Source: Lama glama (Eukaryota). From it: a stretch of 64,000 bases of DNA. The position numbers and the translations under genes are program-made. Each line of letters opens with the position of its first letter. Positions within the stretch are counted from its first letter, which is position 1. The notes under the pieces were generated by a model. That model was not told where the DNA came from, made no database searches, and saw only the letters and a list, made by a program, of their open reading frames with translations. The DNA lies in NCBI GenBank assembly GCA_028534125.1, contig CM052816.1, positions 99,760,001 through 99,824,000 on the forward strand, in the 5' to 3' direction. Shown here piece after piece: positions 51,185 through 64,000 of the stretch.

Positions 51185-51437
51185 ATTTTTTTTATTATTA
51201 TTGAATTATAGTCAGTTTACAATGTTGTGTCAGATTCCAGTGTAGAGCACAATTTTTCAGTTATACATGAACATACATGCATTCATCATCACATTTTTTT
51301 CTCTGTGAGCTACCACAAGATCTTGTATATATTTCCCTGTGCTATACAGTGTAATCTTGTTTATCTATTCTGCATATGCCTGTCAGTATCTACAAATTTC
51401 AAACTCCCAGTCTGTCCCCTCCTACCCCCCGCCCCAT
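51185..51437 (-). mobile_element. L1 3'UTR tail
   Basis: Closely similar to 29700-29915. Confidence 0.9.
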
Positions 51438-52370
51438 AAATTCTATTTTCTCCTGTGCCCAGTCTGCCGTTCAACTTATCCACTGAGTTCTTTTTAATTT
51501 CAGGTATTGTACCTGACACTTCTAAAGTTCCCATCTGACTCATTGTATATATTTTAATTCCCTTTTGATACTCCTCATCTTTGCATCCATTTTTCCATCT
51601 TCTCCAATGTTCATTATACTTGCTTTGAAGTCCTTGTCTGTGTGCCTGCTCCGGTATCTGGATCCTCGTGGGCCTGCTTCTGCTGGTGGGTTTGTCTGTT
51701 CGTGATCAAACACCTTATCCTGCTCATTTGTCTGATGACCTCTGATCATGTGCAACAGACTGTGGATGAAACATCTTAGATGCTGAGGTTTCTGTTTGGC
51801 TGGTTGTTGTGTTTTTTATTTTTTCCTAAGAGGAACGGTAGATTGTGTTTTGTCTTCGGTTAGATCACAGCAGGTCACAAAGATCCCCTGACTACAGTGG
51901 ATCTGCTTTAGTTCTGCCTTTGCCCTGAAGGCAGAGCACTCAGGATTGTGTGTGGCTGAACTCCCGGGTCATAGCCTTTCTTGCATCAGTCCAGGGGCTT
52001 CTCTGCTCTGGCAAGGCACCTTCTAACTCCTCTCTGGGACTGAGGTGTCCACTTAGCCCTCAGCCTTCCAGCAGCTGTTTGCTGCCAGATCTTCTGGAAA
52101 CTTGCCTGCACGTGTGCAGCTTTCGAGTTGACCAAAGACCCAAGAAGAACTCTTAAGCAGGTTTTTGGGATCCCTCTCTGTGGTGCCTTCATTCTAGTAG
52201 CCCACCCCTCAAACCCCAGTCGCCTGGGACTTCCCAGCTGCACTCTGTGTTCACACCGTCCTCTGGGACTGCTGCTCCTCTGTCACTTTCAACAGGATTC
52301 TGGAAGATGTCCTCAGGGAGAAAGCAGCGCTCAGCTACTGTAGCCCCACGTTGGTAATACTCATGACTGA
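51438..52370 (-). mobile_element. Old L1 5'/ORF1-region fragment
   Basis: Minus-strand ORF1-like peptides (DKDFKASIMNI; EIKKNSVDKLNGRLGTGENRI). Confidence 0.65.
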
Positions 52371-52599
52371 CCACAGCGGTCTCATAAGAATGTCTCTGAT
52401 TTTATGGCTACCAATTTCCACAGACGAAGTCTAATACCAGCTTCTCTGCCGTGGCTGTAGCTGACGGTCCATGCACTTACTTAGATGTTAGTAATATGTC
52501 AGAGGGACAGCATTCATCACGGTAACGTTAACAGCGTTCTTACTTTTAGTCAACATCCACATGCAGAAACAAAATGGTACGTAACATAAAGAGACAACT

Positions 52600-53225
52600 A
52601 ACAGGTAATATTGAAATAGCCAATTATCTCATGAAAGAAAAAGTACCAGCATTTAAAATAACATTTCACTTCCATTTTTTCTCCCATCAAACCACTGGAG
52701 CTTCCAGAAGTTCTAATTCCCACTGGCGATGAGGTTGAGAGAAAACTGGGGAACCCTCATTCCCGGTAGTTAGATGTACACATTAGGACACCCTTTCTGG
52801 AAGACGATCTGGTTATAGATACATCACATTTCTTAAAAAATACAAATACTATTTTCCAAACAATTTTGCTTCTGGGAATTTTCATGAGAAGCTACTTAAA
52901 CCTGGGTTCACAGCTATAGCTACAAAGATGTCCATCTCGTTGTTGTTATAAAAAAGAGGAAATTAAAACAACCTAATTATTTACTAAAGGATAGCGTATA
53001 AAAATTTTAAGGTCATTAAGTAAGACTTTAAGCACAGGAAAACGTTCACTTTTAAGTGAAAAATGATACAATATATTACTCTATGATCCCATTTTTGAGG
53101 AGACAGATACAGTACAGGAGGATTGTGGGTGACTTTACATTATTTTTATAACTATTTCCCTATTTTCATAATAAATATCTATTTTATTTGAAGTAGGAAG
53201 ATTGTTTTTATTTAAAAAAAAGAAA
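52600..53225 (+). mobile_element. Old L1 (L1ME-like) 3' fragment
   Basis: Degenerate ORF2-end motifs (ttttctcccatcaaac..gggaaccctcat..ttctggaagacgatctgg..caattttgcttctgggaattt). Confidence 0.6.
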
Positions 53226-54050
53226 ACACTTTCAAATGCTAAAATAAAATGTAAACATAAGACTCTATGAGTTTTGACAGAGGACATAGAAATATCTTTT
53301 TTGGCTAATAAGAAATACCTTTAAAGTTGTTTTTCATGTATTATTCTGGTGTTTAGTTCTCTTTCTTTTTCTTTTTTTGATAAAGGAAGTGGGTGAGGAT
53401 CAAAGGAGTAATGAAAACACTCCAAGGTACGCATCCATCTGGATGCATTTTTGGTAAACTCTTTTGATGCCAGTGTTTTAAGTTTATTGTGCCACCCATT
53501 ATTCCAATAAACTTTAATTAAATTTTCCAAATATATTATTTTAAAAGGTTTGAAGGCAGTGAGAGTGCTGTCAAGTTTTGTTCTACTGAAAACAAGTAGT
53601 TTAAACCTTGCATCCTCCACTCCTGATGGTATTTTTTCTAATCCTTGCCTTTACAGCTTAGGTAGAAATTTAAGAAGTAGCTTAAATTCAAGCCACCACG
53701 GGCTGAGATAAATGCACCTTCAGCTGCACGAGATATATGAAAACAGCGTGAGAGATGGACTGGAGAAAGCAGTGTCTCTATAAAAACGTGACAGAAATTG
53801 TTTGGGTTTGGGACGCACACATGGAGATTTTTCTTCTAAGGACATTTTGACTGATCTAATCCACCACGACAAATTCATGGTTCACTATGAGAGGTAAGGG
53901 TGCCTGAGATGCCCTTTACTATCATCCAAGGGAAAAAAAATATGTCTGAGAGATGAAAACATGGCAAGTCGAAGCAGGTGATAAGGCCCTGAACTGTGGC
54001 TGGCGCGATAATGCAGGGGAGGAGCGGGGCAGCCTAGTTCTCGCCGCATA

Positions 54051-54089
54051 CAGGCGGGGACAGGCGGGGACAGGCGGGGACAGGCGGGA
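54051..54089. repeat. (CAGGCGGGGA)x~4 tandem repeat forming an array of GC boxes
   Basis: Three perfect copies and one partial copy in a CpG-rich patch. Confidence 0.9.
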
Positions 54090-54474
54090 GGCCGGCTTTC
54101 TGCAATCAATGCGCCCCTTCAGTATCAGCCGGGGAGGGGAAGGTCCTGCGTGCTTGCATTATAGGCCCAAATCAGCACCTGCGGAGAGGTATTTATTAAA
54201 GAAAAATTGTGTTTTCGAAGTAATTGTGCCCTTCGGTTTTCTTACGCTAGTCCTGAAAAAAATATATACTGTTGAGCTTCCCAGAAGCAATTCTTATTTG
54301 CACAAAAAATAAACTGAAAGATCATTTTTTTAAGGAACAAAGAGTAAATCTAGATTAACTGAGCTAAGAGTTATTAACTTTCTCTTGTTTTCCAGTTGGC
54401 TAAATTGGATTTCCTTTGGATGATCTAAAATATTTTTTCCCTAAATGTTCAAAATTCCCCCTCAGGGTTTCTCT

Positions 54475-55480
54475 ATCCATCTATGCACCCAGCCTTCCAT
54501 CCACCCATCCTTCCATCCATCCATCCATCCATCCATCCAACCATCTTTTGAGTGGCCTCTAGTTTCAGGCATTGGGCTGGGTATACATATGGTAATAAAT
54601 TCATGCACTTTCAAGCTCATGGAGGCACAGACATTATACACATAAGTCCCCAAATTGTTAGATCAGTATTATGAAGGAAATAATGGGGCACCATGAAAAC
54701 ATCTTATAAAAGACATGTAATATTTGCAAAGCATCAGGGACAGGGCTGAGCTAGCTCTGGGGTGAGTGGTGGAAGTAAGGTTTAAATTCAGACCTGGAGG
54801 CTTGGGAGACAGGGTGCCCCAGGCAGAAGAAAGAGGGTGGGGGGTGCCTTCATTAGAGAAAGGTTTAACATTTTTAGGAAACTGAGTGAAGACAGCTCTG
54901 GTGAAACTCAAGGAAACTGACACAGTGAAAAAATAAGGCACAGAGAGGAGAGGAGCTGGCCCGAGCCCTCCGGCCTGGCTGGTCATGGAAAGTTCTCCAC
55001 TTCATTAGTGTGGAGTGAGGATTAATTGAAGGTGCAATGTACTGGAGCGGTATCTTCTAATTTTATTATTTATAAGACCTGAAAGTTCATTTCTCCTCCC
55101 ACAAAGGAAATACCACGGACAAGGTCAAAGCAGGCTGTGGGCTGTGGTGAGGAAGGCAGCGGGTGGTGAGTCAGGGAGGCAGCAGTGGCGGAAAACCCAC
55201 CCTGAGACGGACTGAAGGCCAGGCCAAGGCAAAGGGACATTTCAAGGAGGGACCCTTGGTTCTGCCCTGGGCAACTGAGTGCACAGACATGTCCTTCAGA
55301 AAGCTGTGGAGAGCTGCGGGCGGGGAAGGACTTGTCTCAGAGAAGATCTAAAGTTCAGTCCTGCACACGAGATGCCTGAAATGCCCGTGAAAATTCAAAG
55401 TCTGAGGGAATACAAAATAGACAACAATTAAATGTGTAATTCCAGAGCTAAGATAAGAGGCCTGGGCTGGAGGGCACATG
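54475..55480 (-). mobile_element. (CCAT)n tract followed by a degenerate L2 fragment
   Basis: ccatccatcc tail, caggcattgggctgggtataca..caagctcatggag, purine-rich body typical of antisense L2. Confidence 0.55.
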
Positions 55481-55726
55481 TAGTGCAGGTCACATCATTT
55501 ATTAAACACGCTTGAGCCTCTTAATTCATAATAACAAATGATGCCACTCGTTTACCTCATTAGCCAAGAGGTACGGGAAGAATCAGATAAGGGATGTTAT
55601 TGTTTCCTGGGAAAGTCACTTAGAGTAAATTCCTCTGAACCTTAAACCAGGATCATTCATCAACGTCTGGGGAGACTTTGGGAAGCCACGCGTCCCGCTG
55701 CCCAGATTCTGAATATGCACGGCCTT

Positions 55727-56085
55727 CCGCTTGGTCTGCTCAGGCTGCTATCACGAAGCGCCACCGAGGAGGTGGGTTAAACAATGAGGCATTTATTTCA
55801 GACTGTCCTGCAGGCTGAAGGTCTGAAATCAGGGCAGCCTGGTCGTGTCCAGAGACAGCCCTCTTCCTAGTTCACTGGTCACCTTCTCACGTGTCCTCAC
55901 AGAGCAGAAAGCAGAGAGGAGAAACACACTCTCCTGTCTCTTCTTTAAGGGCACTAATCCTATCATGAGGGCCCCACCCTCGTGCCTCATCACCACCCAA
56001 GGTCCCACCTGTAAATCTCATCACGCTGGAGATTAGGGTTTCAACACTTGAATTCAAGGGAGACACAAAACTTCAGTGCATTGCA
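55727..56085 (-). mobile_element. MaLR LTR (MLT1A-like)
   Basis: cttggtctgctcaggctgcta...tttaagggcactaatcctatcatgagggccccacc...gattagggtttcaacacttgaatt. Confidence 0.9.
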
Positions 56086-58794
56086 GTCCTCATGACCAAT
56101 ATCTGGCTCTAATCTCCTACAGTTATATGTATCCTTAGACATCCAGCTTAATTATCCTTTATGGAGTGAACTTTACACAATTTATAAATAGGGAAAATGG
56201 ACATTTCCACTTGTATGTGGAAGTGCCCACTTGACATGATATTGAGTCCAATATTAATCCACATTGTCCACCAGGCACGCAGCTCAGAGGGCTGAGCTAC
56301 ACTGTAAAAACTCTGTATGGATTTTTCTATATGAAATAATTTGTTTTTCTGTGTAACTCAAGCAGTTCTTTTTCTAGATGGCCAACTTTCACAAAATAAA
56401 AATTAGAAAATGGACAGTGTTAATCACCAATGGCATGCTGGGTGCCATGTGGGTCCTTTATGGAATCCGTCGTTCCTGTGCTGGGAGCTGTCTTAGGGAC
56501 AGAACGGGGCAGTGAATACAGAGACAAGGCTTCTCGCATTTTAGGGAAATACTTAGAGAACTTCAGGTACACATGTGTGATGAGATGTGATGTGCTCTGT
56601 CACATATTCGATGAACAAAAGCAAAGCAGGCCGGGAACAGAATTCAGCCAGGTGATGGTGAGATTCCATGGTCAGGGAAACCTCTCTGGGGGAGAGTCAT
56701 GTGTCCCTGTCTGATGGGGACCAGGAGCCAGCCCTTCAGAACTAGCTTTCTGATGGAGGGGAGGATGGTAGGACTGTAGATTTTTTGGAGCATGGCTACC
56801 TGAAGGGTCTTCTAGAAAGATGCTGGTGAAGTGGATGGCTAATGCCTATATTAGGAATGCCAGCTGGAGGGAGGGAATTGGATTACTGAAGGCAGGAAAA
56901 CAAAGAACAAGAAGACAGATCCATCCGTGCAGACATTGATGTCAACAAGACAGAGGTCACTATTGATGGAGTGCAGCTGAAAGCCAGAGGGCAGGGTCTC
57001 AGTGTTGGTGGAGATGACATTCAAAGGAAAGGGGGGCTATTAGGAGAATATGAGAGGAGACAACGGCAGATCCTGACGCAACGACTCCTTTTAATTTTGC
57101 ATCCATCTGAGCCGGTATCTCACATTGGGATCCTAGAGGGGGCTTGAGTAAGCGCCCCTGGGGGTCTCCAGCCAGAAACCCCACCTCCCTCTCTGGGAGC
57201 AGGGCGCTCAGGGACTGTGCTGTTTTGTCCTGATATTCTCAGTCATTTCAAAAGTTTGTATTTTTCATACACTGAGGGCCTTAATCATAACCTTTTATCT
57301 TATAATAGTCAACTCAAATTTCCTTATTAAAAATGTAATCAGAGTCCCTCCCCCACCTCGGATGCCACGTTAAGAAAAACAATACTAAATCAGTAATGCA
57401 ATTAGCAAGATCTGCTTATGAGAAATTATTTTTTCCCACATATTGCAAAGAGTTTATATAGCTGTGTAGAATAAAATGCTTTATATAACTGACCACATAT
57501 ATTTTTTCAACTGGGGTGTTTTCTCATAATGATGGTCAGTCTCCAAGGTCTAGTTGTAGCTACTTTTTCCAGCCAGACTACAGATTTTAAGTATTCACTT
57601 TGGAAAAAAAAAACAGCCAAAGAAATGCTTCGTGGGTCAACTTAGGGTCATCAGGTATTTTCACAGCCACACAAGTTAAAACACATAGTTCCACATAGCA
57701 CTTTGCCCTTTATGGAAATATCCCCCTTTAATCTTCCCTACCACTTGTCACCACCTGGCTTCTTGGGGGTTATTTAGAAACCAAATGAAATAAGCACTGA
57801 TTTACCTCCCAAACACACTCAGACCATCAGCTCACTGGGAGCAGAGGCTTCCCTGGAATCCGACTGTAGTGAGTGGGTTGGGTCCTCAGACATCCCTGGG
57901 AGCAAAGGCTCCTTTGTCTACGGGGAGAATTGGCTCCCAGGAGGTGAAAATGGTCCTTCCCGCTCCCCCAGTGGGCTCGGGCTTTGAGCTGTCTGGGGTC
58001 CCTGAGAGTGCAGGTGTCCTGCCAGACCCCCAAGGGTTGTGGGCCCACCAGGCATCTCAGCACTGTGCCTGGAAACCTGGTGGCTTGGGGAGGCACTGGC
58101 CCAGGCACACAGCTCTGCCGAGGGTCCTCTGACCAGCGCTTCATGCTAATGGTGAGGGCGGCTCTTACCTCTGCCCCTGGACACATGTAGGCACCCATGC
58201 TCCAGGGAGGACACGGGCAGGCCCGGGGGTGCAGGTCAGCCGCTCTCTGTAGGTTCCAGAACCTCAGAAGTTGGTGGGTAGTAACTCTTGCTTCAGAATC
58301 CATGACTCAGCAGAAGGCACCACAGGTACCTTGATCAGAAACACATTCAGGAAAATGCCACTGACCTTCAGCTCCGGCGAAAGTGAACGGATCTCTCCCT
58401 GTGGCCAGGATCAGAGGATGGCTGGGTACCTGCCCAGGCAGGAGCTGCCCCTTGGCCACCAAGGAACTCTGTGGCCATAACATAATGTGACCCAGCCAGA
58501 TGGCCCTAGAGGTGACTCCCTCACTCTAAACTACTATGATCTGCACAATTTTACCCAAGGTTCAAAAATCCTTTCTGGAAAAGCTGTCTAAAGAGCATAC
58601 AAAGCGCAAAGCCCTCCTACCTGCGAGGCCAGCATAGATCCTGGCTTCCAGAACTGGTCAACTTTCCTTAAGTCCCCGAGCCTGTCAGATGTGTTCCCAG
58701 TAGACCCCAAAACAGAGATGTGTTTTTGTTTCTTATAAGAGAAAGCACTTTAGATTAAAAAAAAGAAGAAGAAGTAGAAGAAGAAAAAGAAAAA

Positions 58795-59710
58795 AAAATC
58801 AATCAAGCCAAGAGCTGTTTTTTTTGAAAAAGTAAACAAAATTCATAAACCTCTGGCCAGGCTCACCAAGAAGAAAAGAGAGAGGGCACAAGCAAACAAA
58901 TAAGAAATGAAAGAGGAGAAATTACAACCAATACAACAGAAATATGAAAAAGTAAAAAAGGAGATACTGTGAACAATTAGGGCAACCTAGACGAAATGGA
59001 CATGTTCCTAAAATGCTACTATGAAGTAAAAAATTGAAACATAGACTCACCATATGATCCAGCAATCCCACCCCTGGGCATATATCCAGAGAAATTATAA
59101 TAAAGCATACATGAACCCCAAGTTTCATAGCAGCACCATTTACAACAGCCAAGACATGGAAACAACCTAAGTGTTCATTGACAGATGACTGGATAAAGAA
59201 GTTGTGGTGTATTTATACACACATACACACACATATATACACAATGGAATACTACTCAGCCATAAAAAAGGATGAAATAATGCCATTTGCAGCAATGTGG
59301 GTGGACCTAGAGATGATCACACTAAGTAAGTCAGACAGAGAAAGACAAATATCATATGATATCACTTATATGTGGAACCTAAAAAAAATGATGCAAATTC
59401 TATTTACAAACCCAAACAGACTCACAGACATAGAAAACAAACTATGGTTACCAAAGGGTAAAGGGTGGGGAGGGATAAACTAGGAGTTTGAGATTAAAAG
59501 CTACACACGACTACTTGTAAAAGAGATGAACAGCAAGGCCCTCATGTAGAGCGCAGGGAACTGTGTTCAGTTTCTTACAATAACGTACAGTGGAAAAGAC
59601 TTTGAGAAGAGAATGTATATGTACATATGTTCAGCTGAATCGCTTTGCTGTACACCTGAATCTAACACTGTAAATCAACTACACTTCAACAAAAAATAAA
59701 ATTGAAAAAG
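58795..59710 (+). mobile_element. L1 with an early-ORF2 segment (58795-59010) joined to the 3' end (59020-59710)
   Basis: aaatcaatcaagccaagagctgtttttttgaaaa..aaacctctggccaggctcacc (early ORF2) directly followed by ORF2-end/3'UTR and A-tail. Confidence 0.9.
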
Positions 59711-61379
59711 ATAAAGAGAAAGCAGTTTCTATCACGAGAAAGTGTTGTTTGTTGGGCGTTTGGATCAATATAGTGACGTAATGAGTCATTCCAACAGGCT
59801 CTGCTCTGCCCCACAAGGTGGAAAATCGTGGAGGAAGGACAAAATTCCAAGCAACTCCCAACTAGTTCCTGCACCACCTGCTCGGTGCCCATGTGGGAGT
59901 TCCTGAACACTCACCTCTGGGAGCAAGGACTCTGTCCCGTCAGAGGCTCCACCACACCAAGCCGCCCGGCCTGGGGTCCCCGTCTTCCTCTACCTGGGCC
60001 TTGAAGAGACACGGGCAGGCCCCTGCCCTTGCTCATGTTCAGTCGATCAACCTGGCACGTCTGCTCTAACCTCCCACCCCTCACATCTCTCCCTCCTTCT
60101 TTAACTCACGGGGGTTGCCTGAGACGCTATGACAGGCAGCTCGATGCCTAAGCTCCCACCCGCGGAGAGGTTCCAGGAGCACTGGCTCCTGCGCCCCCGG
60201 GCCTGCAGAGAGCCCTCGTTTCTGGGCACCCAGGCCTCCTGGAGGCTCGCCCTGTGCCAGCTGGAGGCCACGGTCCACGCCCGGAGGCTGCAAGAACCGC
60301 CCAGCCTTCCTGACTTTGCGTTCACCCTCTGTCCTGCCCAGTCCCCACTCTCCTCCGCAGACCCTCAGCCTCCCCGGAAATGCCCTTTCCTCGTGCCTCT
60401 GCTGGAACGCCCTCCCTTTTCCGCCACACCCCACGCGACCCTGTCCATCCTCGGCCGATGTCAACAGACAGTCCTCAGCTCTTCACGCCAAATCACCGTC
60501 TCTTCCTCAGCGTCAAACAAAGATTATCAGCCAGAACTGGCCTGTGCCAGGAGCACTTCGCACAGGACTTAGCCCAGCGTAAGGGGTCGACGGACGAGAA
60601 CAGCGCCTCCATCTCAGCTCTGATGTCGTTGCAATAGCTGTCTTCTGCTTTTCTTTCATGCTGCCTTCCTTTGATTTTTTGGTTAGTTATTTTTTACTGA
60701 AATAGACCACTCCCCCTTTTACCATAATTTAATAATAAGCAAAGAAGTCTAGTGCCAAGCTCGCTATACAGTTAAGAAAGAACAGGCGCCATACAAGTAA
60801 ATTTAATAAAATGTTTTTGTGACCTAATCATCTTGGAGGTATGTTAATTTCAGTTTCATCTATTTCATGCTATTTAGGGAGAAAGAGTAAAACTGAGCAT
60901 TATGAACTCCAGTGGCGAATGGAGAGAGTTGAAGAGATAAAATTTCATTGCTTATGATTCAATTTTATTTTTATGCTAAAGTCAGCTGGATGGGAAGAGC
61001 CTATATCTGTAGCCTCAGGAATAATGTCCCTACAATCAAATCAGCTTCAGTGAGCTAATGGTGATCGGGATTCTTAAAGGCACGTTAAAAACCCCAGTGA
61101 CCAAAGTTGAGTTTAGCATCACCAGAAATGCTTGTAAAAGAAAAGGAGGCCACGAATGTCAGTGTTCTCATTCGCTCCCATATTCTGCACATCTGTACAC
61201 AAACTCATTAAGAAATGTTACATCTTAGATCAAAACTGCATGTTTCTTAAAATTGTGTAGGAAAGAGAATACAGATCAAAAAGGAGCAGGTGACCCCCAG
61301 TCTTGCTTCTCCTTCTACTGACCTCCGAGTCAGTAACCCGAGGGGACCTGGTGCCTGTGCAGGGGATGATCTGTAGTCG

Positions 61380-61700
61380 CTGGTAAATTAGATCACCAGG
61401 AATTGCTGCCGGCGGCGGGGAGTGCCCGCCGGATTCCGCCTCTGGATGTGGTCACTGACACAAAGTCACCTCAGCGGTTTGGGGCTCTGAAGAAACACAA
61501 TTAGAAGTGGTGATTCCATTTTAAGAGAAGAAATATCCAAAGTAGCACTTCGCAGCCGGGGAAAGGCAGGGGGCGGACTCGGGGTGGGGGAAGGGGCGCA
61601 GCGGATGAGCAGGGCTGTGAGCTGACTGCAATTTATAATCAATATTAACCACATCACACACAGGGAGGCACCGTTTGCAGGGGAAAAAAAAAAGAGTTAG
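61380..61700. promoter_or_regulatory. Candidate enhancer (GC-rich, with an AT-rich composite TF site)
   Basis: CpG-rich, GC boxes, atttataatcaatattaacc at 61631-61650 (ONECUT-like AATCAAT and HNF1-like half-site GGTTAAT). Confidence 0.4.
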
Positions 61701-62696
61701 AGCCTTACTTCTTTTATCCCATGAAGGTCGTAATAAGATGAGTGAGATGACGAGAAAAATTGATGGAAGGCTGTTGGCTCCACAGTGGAGAAAAGTACCC
61801 CTGTTCTGATGAAGAATTCTCTCCGGTAATCTTGCAAAAGGACTGACCTCTGCGGTAAATTTGCTTGAGAATGAGAATGGAAAGTTTAAATGAGGTTTTT
61901 AGTGATTTCTGGCCACACTCAGAGCTGGAAAATGACAGTTATTCAATTTAAGAGCCTTTCTGCCTGATGAAGGTGGGAGGCGCCCCTGGGCTGATGGCTG
62001 ACTGACTAGGTGGCCATCTGTGCCCTCCTAGTCCCAGAAAACACCAGTTCCAAACACCACCGATCATGTCACACACGTGTTCCCCAAGTTCAGCAGTGAA
62101 GGGCTGGCAGAACTGATCCTGATTTGAGGGGGGCAAGGAAGAAATGAGGTTAACCCTCCTGGAGGAGTGTCGGGGTAGACAGAGGGATGTAAGTAATTTT
62201 GCCACCTAAAATTCCCACAGAAACTGTGAAAATGTCTCAGTGTCTCCCCAAGTTCTGCTTTCCCTTTTCGGTGATGTTCTGCAGATTTTGAACACATTTT
62301 GAAGCTCCATAGTATCTCCTGGACACAGAATTCCCAACTCTCCATATATGACAGAGACTTTTTAACACGATGGAAAGTCAGGGCATGGGGCAGTCAGAGC
62401 AGTGATCTCCTGTCTGTGGAGGCAGGGCTGGTCAGTAACCCCCAAGATGCAAGGCTGGCACATTCTGGCATTCCACCCCAAATGCACATGTGGGTACAAG
62501 CCGTGCCACAGACAGCTGGGAAAAGCAGGATTATTTTCCTGTCTCAGAAATCCCATGCCTTTAGTGGATTCTATTTTTCTTAAAATCAATATTGAGAGGG
62601 GAAATAAACCTCTTAAAGAGCCAGTTGTTAGAAAGGAATCAGACTCTTTTTCCTTGGCCTTAACTTTAATGAACATAATGTTTGTAAAGCTACTGC

Positions 62697-63170
62697 ATAG
62701 GTAGATGCAGGTGTGGGTGTAGATGCGGACGCAGGTTCAGGTGGAGGTGTAGATGTGGGTGCGGATGTAGATGCAGGGGCAGGTGTAGATGTGGACGTAG
62801 GTATAGATGTGGTGTAAGCGTAGGTGGAGGTGGAGGTGCAGGTGTAAGTGTAGATGCAGGTGCAGGTGCACATGCAGGTGAAGGGCTGGATGATACATGG
62901 ATAGATACAGACGCAGCGACACACATGCAGGAGCAGACACGATATGGATGTAGTGGTGGAGACAGACACAGATGCAGATGCCAATACAGAGGAGACATCA
63001 GTGTGAATGACATCATACAGACGTGGATGCAGGTAGATGCAGACACACACAGCTCTTGGTCTGAGGTGGACACCGATGCTAGCGTCAGTGTGTACCTCGG
63101 TGGGTACAGACAGCATTAGACACAGACACAGCGCCAGGTCGCGATACAGGCACGGATGCAGGTGCGGTGA
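62697..63170. repeat. Degenerate hexamer repeat (GTAGAT/GCAGGT/GCAGAT)n
   Basis: Direct; explains the H/L/P/T-rich ORFs at 62628-63116. Confidence 0.85.
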
Positions 63171-64000
63171 GGAGTTCAGTTCAGGCCAATGTCATTAAGC
63201 GTTTACTGTAAGCAGTTCACAGCGCTAAGACCGTGAGCAGATGAAGAAAAACTTCAGTCGGTTTAGACTTTACTCTCATGTTGCCGTCTAGTGCGGGGAC
63301 TTGGGGGAGAAATAGCCAAGCTGCTGGAATAGTTTAGATTTTGATGGCAAACTCCGTGCCCCAGAAAAACAGCAGTGACGTAATTCTGGAGAAGCCTCCC
63401 CACCCGACTCGCTGGGGGTGTCGGTCAGAACGTCTCACAAGCTGCCCCCAGGACGTCAGCACCCCTCCCACGGCAGACGCTGGGCCTGGCAACCCACTAG
63501 GCGGGCAGGTGGGGCCCTCCCTCTGCCCCTTGACGTGTAGACAGCGGGGCTAAGTGGGGACTGGCCAGCGCCGTTGTCCAGAAGCTGCTTGACCTCCTTC
63601 CTGGGCTCAAGCATCTGTCCTCTCAGGGCGGATGCCTGGTTCCGGCTCTCACCCCAGCCTCCTCTTGGGGACACTTCACTGTGGGAAAAATCATATGTGC
63701 CATCACTGAGCACAACACAGCCCCATTTCGGGAGAGGGCATGGTGCAGTGGGTAAGGCACAGGATGCTGTTGGCCCAGGTAGACTGCGGTCAGCAGAATT
63801 CAGGGTGTAATCGTAGGAAGACTGAAAACAATATTGTCACTGAGAGTCACGTCAGAAGGAACCCCTCACAGCACCGCTGACGCACTCCTGTGGTCTTCAC
63901 GGGGGCGGGCAGAGGCCTGACGCGCCCCCACGCCAGGAGCCCAGACGCGTCTGGGTCATTTAGTTATTGTACATTGTACGCAGTGTGTGTGTAACGTAGC

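Noticed and set aside
62628..63119. Thr/Pro/His-rich ORFs
   Set aside because: Translations of a hexamer simple repeat.
1..64000. CRISPR arrays, rRNA genes or prokaryotic systems
   Set aside because: The sequence is mammalian, and no repeat-spacer array or rRNA-like sequence was seen.

Overview
Mammalian genomic DNA, almost certainly camelid (alpaca or camel), judged from a Vic-1-type tRNA-derived SINE at 13117 and cetartiodactyl-type L1 3' ends. It is GC-patchy, repeat-rich (L1, MaLR/MLT1, MIR/L2, MER2, MER5, one ERV solo LTR) and has one 500-N scaffold gap. I see no intact, recognisable protein-coding gene; the supplied ORFs appear to be chance ORFs, L1 fragments or pseudogene fragments. 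The main observation comes from manual translation of the minus strand across stops and frameshifts: three tandem, same-orientation, heavily decayed Toll-like-receptor-like loci. Each has the domain order splice acceptor/ATG, LRR repeats, LRRCT, TM (unclear in C), TIR. They lie at about 40246-31650 (C, two exons), 19313-14990 (A) and 13882-10420 (B). Old L1 and MLT1 elements sit inside A and B, which suggests an ancient TLR cluster lost early in placental evolution. This rests on motif recognition by eye and needs HMM/tBLASTn confirmation. Also present are candidate enhancers/promoters (about 8.1-9.4, 47.5, 54.0 and 61.5 kb), two twin-primed 5'-inverted L1s, and local AT-to-GC conversion of repeats.
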